This document shows, piece after piece, positions 28,149-40,995 of a stretch of DNA of 64,000 bases (positions are counted from its first letter, which is position 1; each line of letters begins with the position of its first letter). A model generated the notes under the pieces. The model worked only from the letters and a program-made list of their open reading frames with translations. It searched no databases and was not told the origin of the DNA. Source of the DNA: Candidatus Jorgensenbacteria bacterium GW2011_GWB1_50_10 (lineage in GTDB: Bacteria; Patescibacteriota; Minisyncoccia; UBA6257; GWB1-50-10). The position numbers and the translations under genes were made by a program. Location: NCBI GenBank assembly GCA_001004105.1, contig LCQK01000002.1, positions 347 to 64,346 of the forward strand, in the 5' to 3' direction.

Positions 28149-30668
28149 ATGCGGTCTAATTTTTTGGGATTTTTATTCAAGGACCCGACAAGCCGGCTGA
28201 AGGATGCCGTCCGGCTTATTAACGCCGAAGAGCCGAAAGTGGAAAAATTGAGCGACGAGGAACTGAAATCGGCTTCTTTGGATTTGAGGAAAAAAATATC
28301 TACTGGAGATTCAATAGAGAATAGCGGAGATACAATGGATAATCTTCTGCCGCAGGCATTTGCCTTGGTGCGGGAGGCGAGCCGCCGGACGCTTCGCCAG
28401 CGCCACTTTGACGTCCAGCTTATGGGAGGCATCGTGCTCCACGAAGGGAAAATCGCCGAGATGATGACCGGCGAGGGTAAGACGCTTGTGGCAACATTGC
28501 CGGTGTATCTGAACGCCATATCCGGCAAGGGCGTGCACGTTGTGACGGTGAATGACTATCTGGCCAAGCGCGACACCGTTTGGATGGGGCAGATTTACCA
28601 CGCCTTGGGACTCAAGATTTCCTGCATCGTTCACGACACCGCTTACCAGTACGACCCGGAATTTGAGGGCACCGAATTGGACAAGGAGCGCGATGCGGTC
28701 GCGAGCTTCAAAGTTTTGGAAAAATTCCTGCGGCCGATAAGCCGGCGGGAAGCCTACCAAGCGGACATCACTTACGGCACGAACCACGAGTTCGGTTTTG
28801 ACTATCTGCGGGACAATCTAGTTTTGCGCCTCGCCGACAAAGTTCAAAAGGAACACAACTACGCGATTATCGACGAGGTGGACAGCATTTTGATAGACGA
28901 GGCGCGGACGCCGCTTATAATTTCGGCGCCCGACGTTGAGTCAAGCGGCTATTACCGGACGTTCGCGAAACTCGTTGAACGTTTGAATCAGGAAGACGAC
29001 TATGTCGTTGACGAAAAATTGAGAGTCGTAAACATCACCGATGCGGGTCTCGATAAGGTTGAAAAAATTCTCTCCATTCAAAACATCTTCGGGCCGGAGA
29101 ATGTGCGGCTGGTCCATTTTTTGCAGGAGAGCTTGCGGGCCAAGGCGCTTTTCAAGCGCGACAAGGATTATGTCGTCAAAAACGGCGAGGTGATAATTGT
29201 TGACGAGTTCACCGGCCGGATGCTTTTGGGAAGGCGCTATTCGGGCGGTTTGCATCAGGCGATTGAAGCGAAGGAGGGCGTCTCCGTGCAGGAAGAGAAC
29301 CGCACTTACGCCCAGATTACGATTCAAAATTATTTCCGGCTCTACAAGAAAATCGCCGGCATGACCGGTACCGCTTCCACGAGTGCCGAAGAATTCCACA
29401 AGGTTTACAATCTGGATGCGGTGACGGTTCCGACGAATAAACCGCTCGTTCGGCAGGATTTGTCGGATGCCGTTTATAAGGATAAAGACGGGAAATTCAA
29501 AGCGGTCGCGGAAGAAGTGAAGCGCCGGCACCTGCGTGGCCAGCCCGTGCTTTTGGGCACCGCTTCCATTAGCCACAACGAGTTGCTCTCGGAGTATTTG
29601 AAGCGCGTGGGCGTTCCGCACGAGGTTTTGAACGCCAAGAACAACGAGCGGGAAGGCGAGATTATCGCCCAGGGCGGCCGGGCCGGAGCGGTCACGGTCG
29701 CGACCAACATCGCCGGCCGGGGCGTGGACATTGTTTTAGGCGGTAATCCGCCCAATCCCGAAGAAGCGCAAAAAGTTAAGGAACTTGGCGGTTTGCACGT
29801 CGTCGGTACCGAACGGCATGAAGCGAGGAGAATTGACAACCAGCTTCGTGGCCGGAGCGGCCGGCAAGGCGACCCCGGCTCCACGCAATTCTTTTTGTCG
29901 CTGGAGGACGACCTGCTCCGCATTTTCGGCGGCGACAGAATCAAAAGTTTGATGGAAACTTTGAATTTCCCGGAAGACATGCCCATTGAGTCAAAAATGG
30001 TTTCCCGGTCGGTGAACCAAGCCCAGGCCCGCGTTGAGGGCGCGAACTTGGACATCCGGCGGCATCTTTTGGATTTTGATGACGTATTGAACAAACAGCG
30101 AATCGCCGTTTACGGGAAACGGGCGAAAATTCTGGAGGCGGGGGAGAAAGGCGAAATCCGGCCGTTCCTCATTGAAACGCTCGCGCACTTCGTGGATATC
30201 GCTGAGGAAGGGTTTAAAAAAGGAATAGAAGCGGGCGCGTTAAAGCGGGAAGACGAAGGGAAAATTGCCGAGTTGAGGCAAAAACTCAACACGATCCCTG
30301 AAAAAATTGAACCGGAGCGGGCGCAGGCGGTTGGTCAGCACATGACGCGGATTTTGGACAGTTTGTGGATTGGGCATTTGGAAAACCTGGAGGCGTTGCG
30401 GGACTCCGTTAATATCCGCGCTTACGGCCAGCACGAGCCATTGGTGGAATACCGGCGCGAGGCGCACAAGCTCTACACCGAGCTTAATCTCAATTTTGAG
30501 TCGCTTACGTTCAACACAATCTTTCAGTTTTTTGAAGGGGCCGCGAATAGATTTAAAATGGAAGCTAGACCGCAAGTGGCCAAGCCAGCCGACGTCAAAA
30601 AAATCGGCCGCAACGATCCCTGCTGGTGCGGTTCAGGCAAAAAGTTCAAAAAGTGCCATGGGGTGTGA
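28149..30668 (+). CDS. secA: Preprotein translocase ATPase SecA
   Basis: MMTGEGKT, DEVDSILIDEARTPLIIS, QLRGRSGRQGDPG, SEC-C GRNDPCWCGSGKKFKKCHG. Confidence 0.99.
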   Translation: MRSNFLGFLFKDPTSRLKDAVRLINAEEPKVEKLSDEELKSASLDLRKKISTGDSIENSGDTMDNLLPQAFALVREASRRTLRQRHFDVQLMGGIVLHEGKIAEMMTGEGKTLVATLPVYLNAISGKGVHVVTVNDYLAKRDTVWMGQIYHALGLKISCIVHDTAYQYDPEFEGTELDKERDAVASFKVLEKFLRPISRREAYQADITYGTNHEFGFDYLRDNLVLRLADKVQKEHNYAIIDEVDSILIDEARTPLIISAPDVESSGYYRTFAKLVERLNQEDDYVVDEKLRVVNITDAGLDKVEKILSIQNIFGPENVRLVHFLQESLRAKALFKRDKDYVVKNGEVIIVDEFTGRMLLGRRYSGGLHQAIEAKEGVSVQEENRTYAQITIQNYFRLYKKIAGMTGTASTSAEEFHKVYNLDAVTVPTNKPLVRQDLSDAVYKDKDGKFKAVAEEVKRRHLRGQPVLLGTASISHNELLSEYLKRVGVPHEVLNAKNNEREGEIIAQGGRAGAVTVATNIAGRGVDIVLGGNPPNPEEAQKVKELGGLHVVGTERHEARRIDNQLRGRSGRQGDPGSTQFFLSLEDDLLRIFGGDRIKSLMETLNFPEDMPIESKMVSRSVNQAQARVEGANLDIRRHLLDFDDVLNKQRIAVYGKRAKILEAGEKGEIRPFLIETLAHFVDIAEEGFKKGIEAGALKREDEGKIAELRQKLNTIPEKIEPERAQAVGQHMTRILDSLWIGHLENLEALRDSVNIRAYGQHEPLVEYRREAHKLYTELNLNFESLTFNTIFQFFEGAANRFKMEARPQVAKPADVKKIGRNDPCWCGSGKKFKKCHGV

Positions 30669-30687
30669 GGATAGGAAAAATGTGAAT

Positions 30688-31431
30688 ATGGCTATAAAAT
30701 TGGATTTCAAAATAGAAGACGATTACTTGATAGTTCACACGCTATCAAATATGGGAAAGGGTAAATTTTCTTCAACGAAGTGTCAGAAAGATATTGTGGC
30801 ATTTCAGAATTACGCGTGGGGAAAATGCAAACCATGCTATAACTTACTTATTGGAAGGTTTCAAACAACAAAGATAGTGAAGGGGGGATTACAAAAAACA
30901 GCAGAACAATTGCCGAAATTCTTAAATGAATTAAAGAGGAGTGAGCAGTACAAAAAAATTCGTCAGCAGACAGAGGAATATTTTAGATTCTGTAAAAATC
31001 AATGGAATGGTAACTATCTTGTTGCAAGTAAAATAATAGAGGAATTGATGGGATTGAAATTGAATAAAAAAATTGCGGTATACATTACTCATCCCGGTTT
31101 GAAAAATGGAAGGTATGTAGGAAATAACACAATCGAGTGGGGGCACAATGAAGATTGGCCGAATTATGCAACTATATACTTATGGCACGAAATTCTTCAT
31201 TCATATATCGGATATTCAGAAAAAGGGCATGCGGTAATTGAATTGATAACGGATGAAGAATTGCGGACTCAATTAAACAGTGGTAAATACCCGCCATTTG
31301 TGGGACACAAGTATCTAAAATCGATTAAAAATAGATTATTGCCTCAATGGAGAAAATATCTTAATTCCGAAGAAAGAAACATTAGGAAATTTATAAAAGA
31401 AATTCCGCATGGGATAGTGAATAAAGCGTAA
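30688..31431 (+). CDS. Hypothetical protein with HEXXH motif, AT-rich
   Basis: LWHEILHS; start placed at ATG 30688 after the secA stop. Confidence 0.7.
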   Translation: MAIKLDFKIEDDYLIVHTLSNMGKGKFSSTKCQKDIVAFQNYAWGKCKPCYNLLIGRFQTTKIVKGGLQKTAEQLPKFLNELKRSEQYKKIRQQTEEYFRFCKNQWNGNYLVASKIIEELMGLKLNKKIAVYITHPGLKNGRYVGNNTIEWGHNEDWPNYATIYLWHEILHSYIGYSEKGHAVIELITDEELRTQLNSGKYPPFVGHKYLKSIKNRLLPQWRKYLNSEERNIRKFIKEIPHGIVNKA

Positions 31432-31465
31432 AAGCGTCATAGGAAATAAGATATCCACAGCGCTA

Positions 31466-31495
31466 TTGACAACAAGTTTATCTAAAGATAAACTT
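31466..31495 (+). promoter_or_regulatory. TA operon promoter with overlapping palindromic operator
   Basis: TTGACA-17 bp-TAAACT; AAGTTTATCT-AA-AGATAAACTT overlaps the -10. Confidence 0.7.
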
Positions 31496-31501
31496 TAAAA
31501 T

Positions 31502-31741
31502 ATGAAAAATAATATTGTCGGTCTGAAAGAGCTCCGAGAAAATATAGAGAACTACATCGCCCAGGTTAAAAAGGGCAAATCCTTTATTGTAGTGCGCCGC
31601 TCAAAACCGGTGCTTAAAGTTTCTTCCCCTGACGACGAGGGGCTTTGGGAAACCGTTGCTGATTTCACTAAGATAAACAAAAACGGAGTCGCCGCCAGAG
31701 ATGTCTTAAAAGAACTCCGCAAACTGAATGCCCGCTCTTAG
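31502..31741 (+). CDS. Phd/YefM family antitoxin
   Basis: IVGLKELRENIENYIAQVKKGKSFIVVRRSKPV. Confidence 0.85.
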   Translation: MKNNIVGLKELRENIENYIAQVKKGKSFIVVRRSKPVLKVSSPDDEGLWETVADFTKINKNGVAARDVLKELRKLNARS

Positions 31742-31967
31742 AAAACTTCTTTCTAAATTTGACAAGGCGGAAAGAAAAATAATAGAAGCTTTGATTGAGA
31801 AAGTTATTTCTTTGAACTGGCGCGGTTTAGACGTTAAAAAGCTTAAGGGGTATCAAAACATTTTTCGCGTTCGCAAAGGCAAAATCAGGATTATTTTTTC
31901 CAGAAACGGCAAAAATATTTCTATCCTGTCCGTTGAACGTCGGCGAGAAGATACTTATAGGTTGTAA
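31728..31967 (+). CDS. RelE/ParE family toxin
   Basis: VKKLKGYQNIFRVRKGKIRIIF...ERRREDTY; overlaps the antitoxin. Confidence 0.85.
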   Translation: MPALRKLLSKFDKAERKIIEALIEKVISLNWRGLDVKKLKGYQNIFRVRKGKIRIIFSRNGKNISILSVERRREDTYRL

Positions 31968-32016
31968 AAGCGCCATGGGACTAGCTGAGCTGGTTGGGTC
32001 TCGTGAGGATAAGAAT

Positions 32017-32688
32017 ATGGAAAAGAAAAGTATAAAACAAATATACGATGAATATGATATATCCCCGGCCCTACAGACGCATATGTATCGAGTCGCGGCG
32101 GTAGGTTCCATAATTTGCCGAAATTTTCAGGAGACAATGGAAACCGCCGAAATTATATCGGCTTGCCTGCTGCATGATATGGGCAACATAATAAAATTTA
32201 ATTTTGATGTTTTGCCGGAGCTAGTTGAGCCGCAAGGCAAAGATTACTGGTTGGGCATTCAGAAAAACTTTAAAGATCGGTATGGAGAAGATGAACATGA
32301 GGCCACATACGCGATTGCGAAAGAAATAGGTGTCACGGATAGAGTGTGTGATATAGTTCGGTCAATAGGATTTAGAAAGGCATGCGAGAGATATAAGAAC
32401 GACGATCTTGCCGAGAAAATTTGTACATACGCGGATGAAAGAACAGGGCCATTTGGCGTTTTATCTTTAAAAGGTAGAATCAGGGAGGGTCATAAGCGTT
32501 TCTTGGCATCCGGACGAAAACCAACCGGTGACGAAAGAACGTTTCAGACGCTTGTATCCTGTCTTGAGGGCATCGAAAAACAAATATTCAGCCATTTAGC
32601 TATCAAACCGGCGGATATCAACGACGGTTCGGTAAATTTAGAAATCGAAAATCTCAAAGAATTTGGCATCATTATAAAGTCCGCATGA
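32017..32688 (+). CDS. HD-domain phosphohydrolase
   Basis: HMYRVA...ACLLHDMGN...YADER; start placed at ATG 32017. Confidence 0.8.
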   Translation: MEKKSIKQIYDEYDISPALQTHMYRVAAVGSIICRNFQETMETAEIISACLLHDMGNIIKFNFDVLPELVEPQGKDYWLGIQKNFKDRYGEDEHEATYAIAKEIGVTDRVCDIVRSIGFRKACERYKNDDLAEKICTYADERTGPFGVLSLKGRIREGHKRFLASGRKPTGDERTFQTLVSCLEGIEKQIFSHLAIKPADINDGSVNLEIENLKEFGIIIKSA

Positions 32689-32733
32689 TATTAAGAAATG
32701 CGGGAGTGGGTATGAAATGCCATAGAAAATGCA

Positions 32734-33087
32734 ATGATTAAAAAGTGGCAAAATATTACCAGCAAGATTGAGCCGTGGTGGACGCTGGTTGGGGCGCCTG
32801 TTATACAAGAATTCATTTTCCGGTTTGTTCCGTATCAGATTTATGTTGCCTACGGCGGATTCTATACAGTTGGTATAGTAAGCTCTATCTTATTTGCCGC
32901 AATTCATTGGTATTTTGGGAGATGGTTTGTGTTGTACGCGTTAGTGGGGGGATTTATTGCCTGGTTTGTAATGGTAAGCTACGGGCTTTTATGGGCAGTG
33001 ATTCTTCACGTCGTTGCGAATGTCGTACTTTTGAGATTAGGGGTGTTACAGAAAGTTAAAGAAAAATCTCCGCAGAAAGGGAAGTAA
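32734..33087 (+). CDS. CPBP/Abi family intramembrane protease-like protein
   Basis: APVIQEFIFR, LFAAIH, AVILHVVAN motifs. Confidence 0.75.
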   Translation: MIKKWQNITSKIEPWWTLVGAPVIQEFIFRFVPYQIYVAYGGFYTVGIVSSILFAAIHWYFGRWFVLYALVGGFIAWFVMVSYGLLWAVILHVVANVVLLRLGVLQKVKEKSPQKGK

Positions 33088-33102
33088 TTAAGCAAAAACG
33101 CC

Positions 33103-33375
33103 ATGGAAAATAATTTAGAGCAACGAATTCAAAAAATTGAGGAGAGGAATAGAGCAGTGGAAGCCGATAAGGGTTGGGAGACGAGCTGGACAAGGCGGGT
33201 TTTACTGACAATATTTACTTATTTAGCTATTGCTGTTTATCTCTGGGCGATAAGAATATCGTAGCCATGGCTGAATGCCATCGTGCCGGCGGTGGCTTTT
33301 ATGATTTCAACCTTAACAATGCCGTGGTTTAAGAAGGTTTGGCTGAAGTATGTTCGGCGGCAGAAGGAGATATAA
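33103..33375 (+). pseudogene. Small membrane protein gene with one in-frame TAG
   Basis: MENNLEQRIQKIEERNRAVEADKGWETSWTRR...WAIRIS*PWLNAIVP...; TAG at 33262-33264, frame continues to TAA 33375. Confidence 0.65.
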
Positions 33376-33439
33376 AATACAAACTTAGCTTGAATTGCCG
33401 GGCTCCATATTTTAGACTTGGGATGTCGGCTTTATTGAT

Positions 33440-33685
33440 ATGATTTCCAAAGAGGACAAGGCCAGTTCGGCGCATTCCAAGGGTTTTATCCGCCCCTTAG
33501 CTCTCGCTTGGGAGCTTGGTTACACCATCGCTATTCCGATTGTTGTTATGGCTTTGGGCGGGAGATTTCTGGATAGGTATTTCGGCACGGGTCCGATTTT
33601 ACTGCTCGTCGGCATCTTCGTTTCCGTTCTGCTTACGAGTTTCCTGGTTTACCGGAAAACGAAGAAAGTTTTGTCTCAATTTTAG
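33440..33685 (+). CDS. AtpZ/AtpI-family ATP synthase accessory protein
   Basis: LGYTIAIP...GRFLDRYFGTGP; 2 TM; first gene of the atp operon. Confidence 0.85.
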   Translation: MISKEDKASSAHSKGFIRPLALAWELGYTIAIPIVVMALGGRFLDRYFGTGPILLLVGIFVSVLLTSFLVYRKTKKVLSQF

Positions 33686-33737
33686 TATGCGAATAGCCTT
33701 AACGAATAGACACATGCGAATAAATTATGAATAAAAT

Positions 33738-34475
33738 ATGATTGAAGGTGTTCACATATCCCTGTCGGCCGAGAAAATACTGGATGTTTTCGGGTTTCCG
33801 CTCACCAACACCCTTTTAACGTCCTTTCTGGTCGTCATCTCATTAATGGTCGGTGCATACGTCTTGGGCAGAAAGATAAAGGCCATACCGGCCGGGATTC
33901 AAAATGCCGCGGAGTTCGTAATCGACGGCCTGCTTGGCTTTATGACGACCATCGCCGGCGACCGGAAAACGGCCGAAAAGTTTTTTCCGATCGTCGCCAC
34001 GATTTTTATTTTCGTCTTGTTCGCCAATTGGGCCGGCATTATCCCCGGCGTGGGGAGCATCGGTTTTTATGAAGATGGGAAAACTTTTGTGCCGTTTTTC
34101 CGGTCGGTCAATTCCGACCTGAACATGACGCTCGCCCTTGCCTTGATTGCCGTCACTTTAAGTCATTTTTTCGGCGTGGCCGGCCTCGGCGCCTTCAAGC
34201 ACGCCGGCAAGTTTTTCAACTTCAAAAACCCCATCGGCTTTTTCGTCGGCATCCTTGAATTTGTGAGCGAATTTGCTAAGATTATCTCGTTCTCTTTCCG
34301 GTTGTTCGGGAACGTTTTTGCCGGCGAGGTGCTGCTCGTAATCATCACGTTTCTCGTGCCAGTCATCGCCCCGGTGCCGTTCTACGGATTGGAGATTTTC
34401 GTGGGTTTCATTCAAGCGTTGATTTTTGCGGTGTTAACCATGATGTTTCTGGTGGTCGCAACGAAGCATCACTAA
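33738..34475 (+). CDS. atpB: ATP synthase subunit a
   Basis: SFSFRLFGNVFAGE, LEIFVGFIQALIF. Confidence 0.97.
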   Translation: MIEGVHISLSAEKILDVFGFPLTNTLLTSFLVVISLMVGAYVLGRKIKAIPAGIQNAAEFVIDGLLGFMTTIAGDRKTAEKFFPIVATIFIFVLFANWAGIIPGVGSIGFYEDGKTFVPFFRSVNSDLNMTLALALIAVTLSHFFGVAGLGAFKHAGKFFNFKNPIGFFVGILEFVSEFAKIISFSFRLFGNVFAGEVLLVIITFLVPVIAPVPFYGLEIFVGFIQALIFAVLTMMFLVVATKHH

Positions 34476-34489
34476 ACAAATAAAAATAA

Positions 34490-34729
<240 letters not shown>

Positions 34730-34744
34730 AAGACGGAATGTCTA

Positions 34745-35251
34745 ATGTCGGAGCTATTCCACAATCTCGGCATAGATTGGAAGGTTCTCCTCGCACAGAT
34801 TGTTAATTTTGCGATTCTTCTTTTCGTCCTCAAGAAATTCGCCTACAAGCCCATTTTGAAGGTTTTAAACGATAGGCGGAAAAAGATAGAGGAAGCCATC
34901 GAGCGTTCGAAGGGCGTGGATGAAAAGATGGCTGAAATTGAGGCATTGAAAGAAAAGATTTTAGTTGAGGCAAGGCGGGAGTCGAGCGAGATTATAAAAA
35001 AAGCGGAGGAAGCCGCCGATAAGATTCAAGAGGACGCTTTAAAAGAGGCCTACGGCAAATCCGAAAAATTCATGGCCGAGTCCCTCAAAAAAGTCCAGGC
35101 CGAGCGCGAGAAAATATTCCAAGAGGTGAAAAACGAAACCGCGGGCCTTGTCTATGCGGCGGTTGAAAGAACAATCGGCGACTTGGCCGACGAGAAACTT
35201 AAGGCGAAAATGGTTGAGGATGCATTAAAATTTGTTATTTCAAAAAGATGA
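34745..35251 (+). CDS. atpF: ATP synthase subunit b
   Basis: QIVNFAILLFVLKKFAYKPI followed by coiled coil. Confidence 0.96.
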   Translation: MSELFHNLGIDWKVLLAQIVNFAILLFVLKKFAYKPILKVLNDRRKKIEEAIERSKGVDEKMAEIEALKEKILVEARRESSEIIKKAEEAADKIQEDALKEAYGKSEKFMAESLKKVQAEREKIFQEVKNETAGLVYAAVERTIGDLADEKLKAKMVEDALKFVISKR

Positions 35252-35625
35252 CAAGGTATTCTTCAAAACAATACGCCCGCGCTTTATACGAGTTGGCCGC
35301 GGAATCTCCCAAAAAGATGCCCCTCATTCTCAAGGGTTTTGCGAACACGCTTCTTAAAAACAACGATTTGTCCAAAAGCGAGGAAATCATGAAGGAGTTT
35401 GAAAAAATTTACTACGAAGAGAGCGGAATACGGCGGGTTGAAGTGAGCGCCGCCGATGAAGGGGTTGGGAAATCTTTAAACCAAAAAATCAAGGGGGATA
35501 GCGTTTTCAAAAAAGACCTGGGGCTGATCGGCGGCGTCAAAATCAAAATCGGCGATGAAATGGTTGATAACACTCTTCACGGCAGACTTCGCCGTCTAAA
35601 AGAATCATTAATGCCCAATGGATAA
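35248..35625 (+). CDS. atpH: ATP synthase subunit delta (short)
   Basis: [24 protein letters not shown]. Confidence 0.9.
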   Translation: MTRYSSKQYARALYELAAESPKKMPLILKGFANTLLKNNDLSKSEEIMKEFEKIYYEESGIRRVEVSAADEGVGKSLNQKIKGDSVFKKDLGLIGGVKIKIGDEMVDNTLHGRLRRLKESLMPNG

Positions 35626-37153
35626 AGACAAGATTTTACAGGATTTAAAAAAGGATATTCTGGGAGTGAAGCGGGAACTTCGGGTGGAAAACGTCGGAGA
35701 GGTTTTTAAAGTTGGCGATGGCGTTGCGGAAATCAGGGGTTTATCGAACGTGATGTACTCGGAAATACTGGAGTTTGAAGCCGGCGACAAGAAAGTCCGG
35801 GGTTTGGCCTTGAATCTCCTTGAGGATTCCGTGAGCGCGATCGTGCTGGGTGATGCAACACTCATTAAAGAAGGTCAGGTTGTGAAATCAACCAACAAGC
35901 TGCTTTCCATTCCGGTCTCCGAGGGCCTTTTGGGGCGCGTGATAAATCCTTTGGGTGAACCCTTGGACGGCGGGCCGGCGATTAATTTTGAAAAAGCAAA
36001 GAACTATCCCATTGAGAAAATCGCCCCCGGCGTGATTACCAGGGAATCAGTGAACACGCCGATTCATACCGGCGTCAAAGCCATTGACGCCCTGATTCCC
36101 ATCGGCCGGGGCCAGCGGGAGCTCATTATCGGCGACCGGCAAATCGGGAAGACGGCACTTGTCGTTGACACCATCATCAATCAGGGAAAAGACGTTCGCC
36201 ACAAAACTCCCGTCTGCATTTATGTGGCGGTCGGCCAGAAGGAGTCAAAAGTTGCGAAACTCGTCCAGGATTTGAAAAAAGCGGGCGCCATGGATTACTC
36301 CATTGTGGTTTTGACCGGCGCTTCCTCGGGCGTGGCTTTGCAGTTTTTGGCCCCCTACGCCGGGTGCGCCATCGGCGAGTATTTCATGGACCAGGGAAAA
36401 GACGCGCTGGTAATCTACGATGATTTGACAAAGCACGCTTGGGCCTACCGGGAAATTTCCCTGCTTCTCAAACGTCCGCCGGGAAGAGAAGCTTACCCGG
36501 GCGATATTTTTTATCTTCATTCAAGACTTTTGGAGCGGGCGGCGAAAATGAGCAAAGCGCACGGCGGCGGCTCGCTTACGGCCCTACCCATAATAGAAAC
36601 CCAGCTCGCCGATATTTCGGCCTATATTCCCACCAACGTCATTTCGATCACCGACGGCCAGATTTATCTTGAGCCGGAACTTTTTTATCAGGGAGTGCGG
36701 CCGGCCTTGAACGTCGGCCTCTCGGTTTCCCGCGTTGGTTCGGCGGCGCAGACCAAGGCGATGAAGAAAGTCGCCGGCCGGTTAAGACTGGAACTGGCCC
36801 AGTATCGCGAACTGGCCGCTTTCGTTCAATTCGGCCAGGATTTGGACGAGGCCACCAAGCGTCAGATAGAACGGGGACGGCGGCTTACCGAGCTCTTGAA
36901 ACAGCCGCAATATCAGCCGATGCCTTTCGAGAACCAGGTCGCTTCGCTATATGCTGCCGTGAACGGTTTCTTGGACGGCGTAGCGGTGGAGGAAATTCGG
37001 GATTTTGAAAAGGGGTTCCTGAAATTCCTGCATGAGCGGCACAGCGGCATTTTGGACAAAATCCGGGAGACGGCCGACCTTGCGGACGGTCTTGAAGAAA
37101 AATTGAAATCCGCGGCGGAAGATTTCAGCCGGAATTATTTCGGAAAAATCTAA
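35618..37153 (+). CDS. atpA: ATP synthase subunit alpha
   Basis: [25 protein letters not shown]. Confidence 0.99.
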   Translation: MDKDKILQDLKKDILGVKRELRVENVGEVFKVGDGVAEIRGLSNVMYSEILEFEAGDKKVRGLALNLLEDSVSAIVLGDATLIKEGQVVKSTNKLLSIPVSEGLLGRVINPLGEPLDGGPAINFEKAKNYPIEKIAPGVITRESVNTPIHTGVKAIDALIPIGRGQRELIIGDRQIGKTALVVDTIINQGKDVRHKTPVCIYVAVGQKESKVAKLVQDLKKAGAMDYSIVVLTGASSGVALQFLAPYAGCAIGEYFMDQGKDALVIYDDLTKHAWAYREISLLLKRPPGREAYPGDIFYLHSRLLERAAKMSKAHGGGSLTALPIIETQLADISAYIPTNVISITDGQIYLEPELFYQGVRPALNVGLSVSRVGSAAQTKAMKKVAGRLRLELAQYRELAAFVQFGQDLDEATKRQIERGRRLTELLKQPQYQPMPFENQVASLYAAVNGFLDGVAVEEIRDFEKGFLKFLHERHSGILDKIRETADLADGLEEKLKSAAEDFSRNYFGKI

Positions 37154-37170
37154 ACTATATACATAAAAAT

Positions 37171-39472
<2,302 letters not shown>

Positions 39473-39476
39473 AGGC

Positions 39477-39722
39477 ATGAAAGTTTTCATCTACTCTTTG
39501 AAGAAGACAATTTATGAAGGCGAGGCCGACGTACTGTCCTTGCCCACCGCGGACGGGGAAATCAGCGTTCTAGAGAACCATGTCCCGCTCATCACCTCAA
39601 TAGCCAATGGAAAGATAAGAATAAGAAAGGGCAGCGGTTTTGACGAGACAAGCAGCGTTTATGAGGTCGGCGGCGGGTTTGCCGAGGTTAATCCCAAAGA
39701 AACAATCCTGCTTATTGATTGA
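39477..39722 (+). CDS. atpC: ATP synthase subunit epsilon, N-terminal domain only
   Basis: LPTADGEISVLENHVP, VGGGFAEV; 81 aa. Confidence 0.9.
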   Translation: MKVFIYSLKKTIYEGEADVLSLPTADGEISVLENHVPLITSIANGKIRIRKGSGFDETSSVYEVGGGFAEVNPKETILLID

Positions 39723-39735
39723 TTTTGAAGGGAGT

Positions 39736-40224
39736 ATGGAAAATCAGAAGCTCCACGAAGTAGTGATCACCGCCATTATCGTGAAAGACGGTAAATATTT
39801 GATTACCCAGCGCTCCATGCAGGAGAAACGTTTCCCCGGCATGTGGACGGTGCCGGGCGGGAAGCTGGAAACGGACGACTACGTCCATCTGCCTAAAGAA
39901 ACCGAACATTATTGGTATAACGTGCTTGAGAAAGTATTGAGAAAAGAGGTTCGCGACGAAGTCGGATTGGAAATCAAGAACATTGAATACGTGACGAGTC
40001 TGGCGAGAGTTCACGAAGACAAAAATCCTTCGCTCGTAATCTCATGTATGGCCGATTACGAGTCAAGGGAAGTTGTTTTACAAGAAGGAGAAACGGATAG
40101 TTTCGCCTGGGTGAGCTTGGACGAAGCTAAAAATTATAAACTCATTGACGGAATTTATGATGAATTGGTGATGGTGGAAAATAAAAGAAAAGGCGTAAAA
40201 TCGGAGTGGCAGAGGTTTAAATAA
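39736..40224 (+). CDS. NUDIX hydrolase
   Basis: FPGMWTVPGGKLE...LRKEVRDEVGL; start placed at ATG 39736. Confidence 0.85.
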   Translation: MENQKLHEVVITAIIVKDGKYLITQRSMQEKRFPGMWTVPGGKLETDDYVHLPKETEHYWYNVLEKVLRKEVRDEVGLEIKNIEYVTSLARVHEDKNPSLVISCMADYESREVVLQEGETDSFAWVSLDEAKNYKLIDGIYDELVMVENKRKGVKSEWQRFK

Positions 40225-40226
40225 TC

Positions 40227-40451
40227 ATGGAACAGATCAAATTAGGCAAATACGAGCATTTCAAAGGAGATATAGTTGAGGTTTTTGGCAATGCGTTTCA
40301 CAGTGAAACTCTGGAGGGGTTTGTCATATACAAACACACCACCGGCAAGTGCGCCGGAGAACCTTATTATTGGGTCCGGCCGCTCAAAATGTTCACGGAA
40401 GAAGTGGAAGTAAACGGCCAAAAATTACCGCGGTTCCGTTACATCGGTTAA
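40227..40451 (+). CDS. DUF1653-like protein
   Basis: GKYEHFKG...HSETLE..VIY...WVRPLKMF..PRF. Confidence 0.85.
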   Translation: MEQIKLGKYEHFKGDIVEVFGNAFHSETLEGFVIYKHTTGKCAGEPYYWVRPLKMFTEEVEVNGQKLPRFRYIG

Positions 40452-40486
40452 TAACTAAAAATTCAGCAACTAAGAATTTAGTGACT

Positions 40487-40526
40487 AAAACCAAGGTGGT
40501 ATACATATGTATACCACCTTGGTTTT
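40487..40526. repeat. Perfect 40-bp palindrome downstream of TrpR-like gene 2
   Basis: AAAACCAAGGTGGTATACATATGTATACCACCTTGGTTTT. Confidence 0.9.
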
Positions 40527-40601
40527 TTGATTTTTACTGAAGTTTTTTAGGTTTTTAACCCAGCTTATTGTTACTGCTTTTCGTTTCCAGAGCCTTATTA
40601 G

Positions 40602-40970
40602 CTAGGAGTGCAGGGAACTCCAGCGGCCTCGGCCGTAGGAAGCGGGGTATTTTTGAAATTTATTCCTTTTAGGAAATTTTGAGTAAATTTTCTTTTTATA
40701 ATTGAGTTTTTTCAGGCCGCGCTTGATGAAAATCACGGTTTTTCTCGCGACGTCAGCTTTCTTGCTAGTTTCTCTCAAGCTTTCACCCTGCTTCAGGAAA
40801 TAAAGAGCAGCCAATCTTTTTTCCAAAATGACTTTTTCTTCTTCGGTTAGGAATTTTGAAAGAAAATCCGCCGGGCCGGATTTCTTGGATTTTTCAACCT
40901 CGGCCCAGAAAATTTTCCAAATCTCCTTTCTCAATCCCTCGCTAAAATTTTTCCTATTAGTTCTCGGCAT
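40602..40970 (-). CDS. TrpR/YerC-YecD-like helix-turn-helix protein, paralog 2
   Basis: FLSKFLTEEEKVILEKRLAALYFLKQGESLRETSKKADVARKTV; basic tail; start placed at ATG 40970. Confidence 0.75.
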   Translation of the reverse strand: MPRTNRKNFSEGLRKEIWKIFWAEVEKSKKSGPADFLSKFLTEEEKVILEKRLAALYFLKQGESLRETSKKADVARKTVIFIKRGLKKLNYKKKIYSKFPKRNKFQKYPASYGRGRWSSLHS

Positions 40971-40971
40971 G

Positions 40972-40995
40972 GGTGGTATACTTAAGTATACCACC
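40972..40995. repeat. Perfect 24-bp palindrome next to the start codon of TrpR-like gene 2
   Basis: GGTGGTATACTTAAGTATACCACC. Confidence 0.9.

Noticed and set aside
30370..30687. N-terminal extension of the 353-aa ORF overlapping secA
   Set aside because: It overlaps the secA 3' end in another frame; base composition shifts at ATG 30688.
31451..31459. DnaA-box-like ATATCCACA
   Set aside because: A single imperfect box with no cluster and no dnaA nearby.
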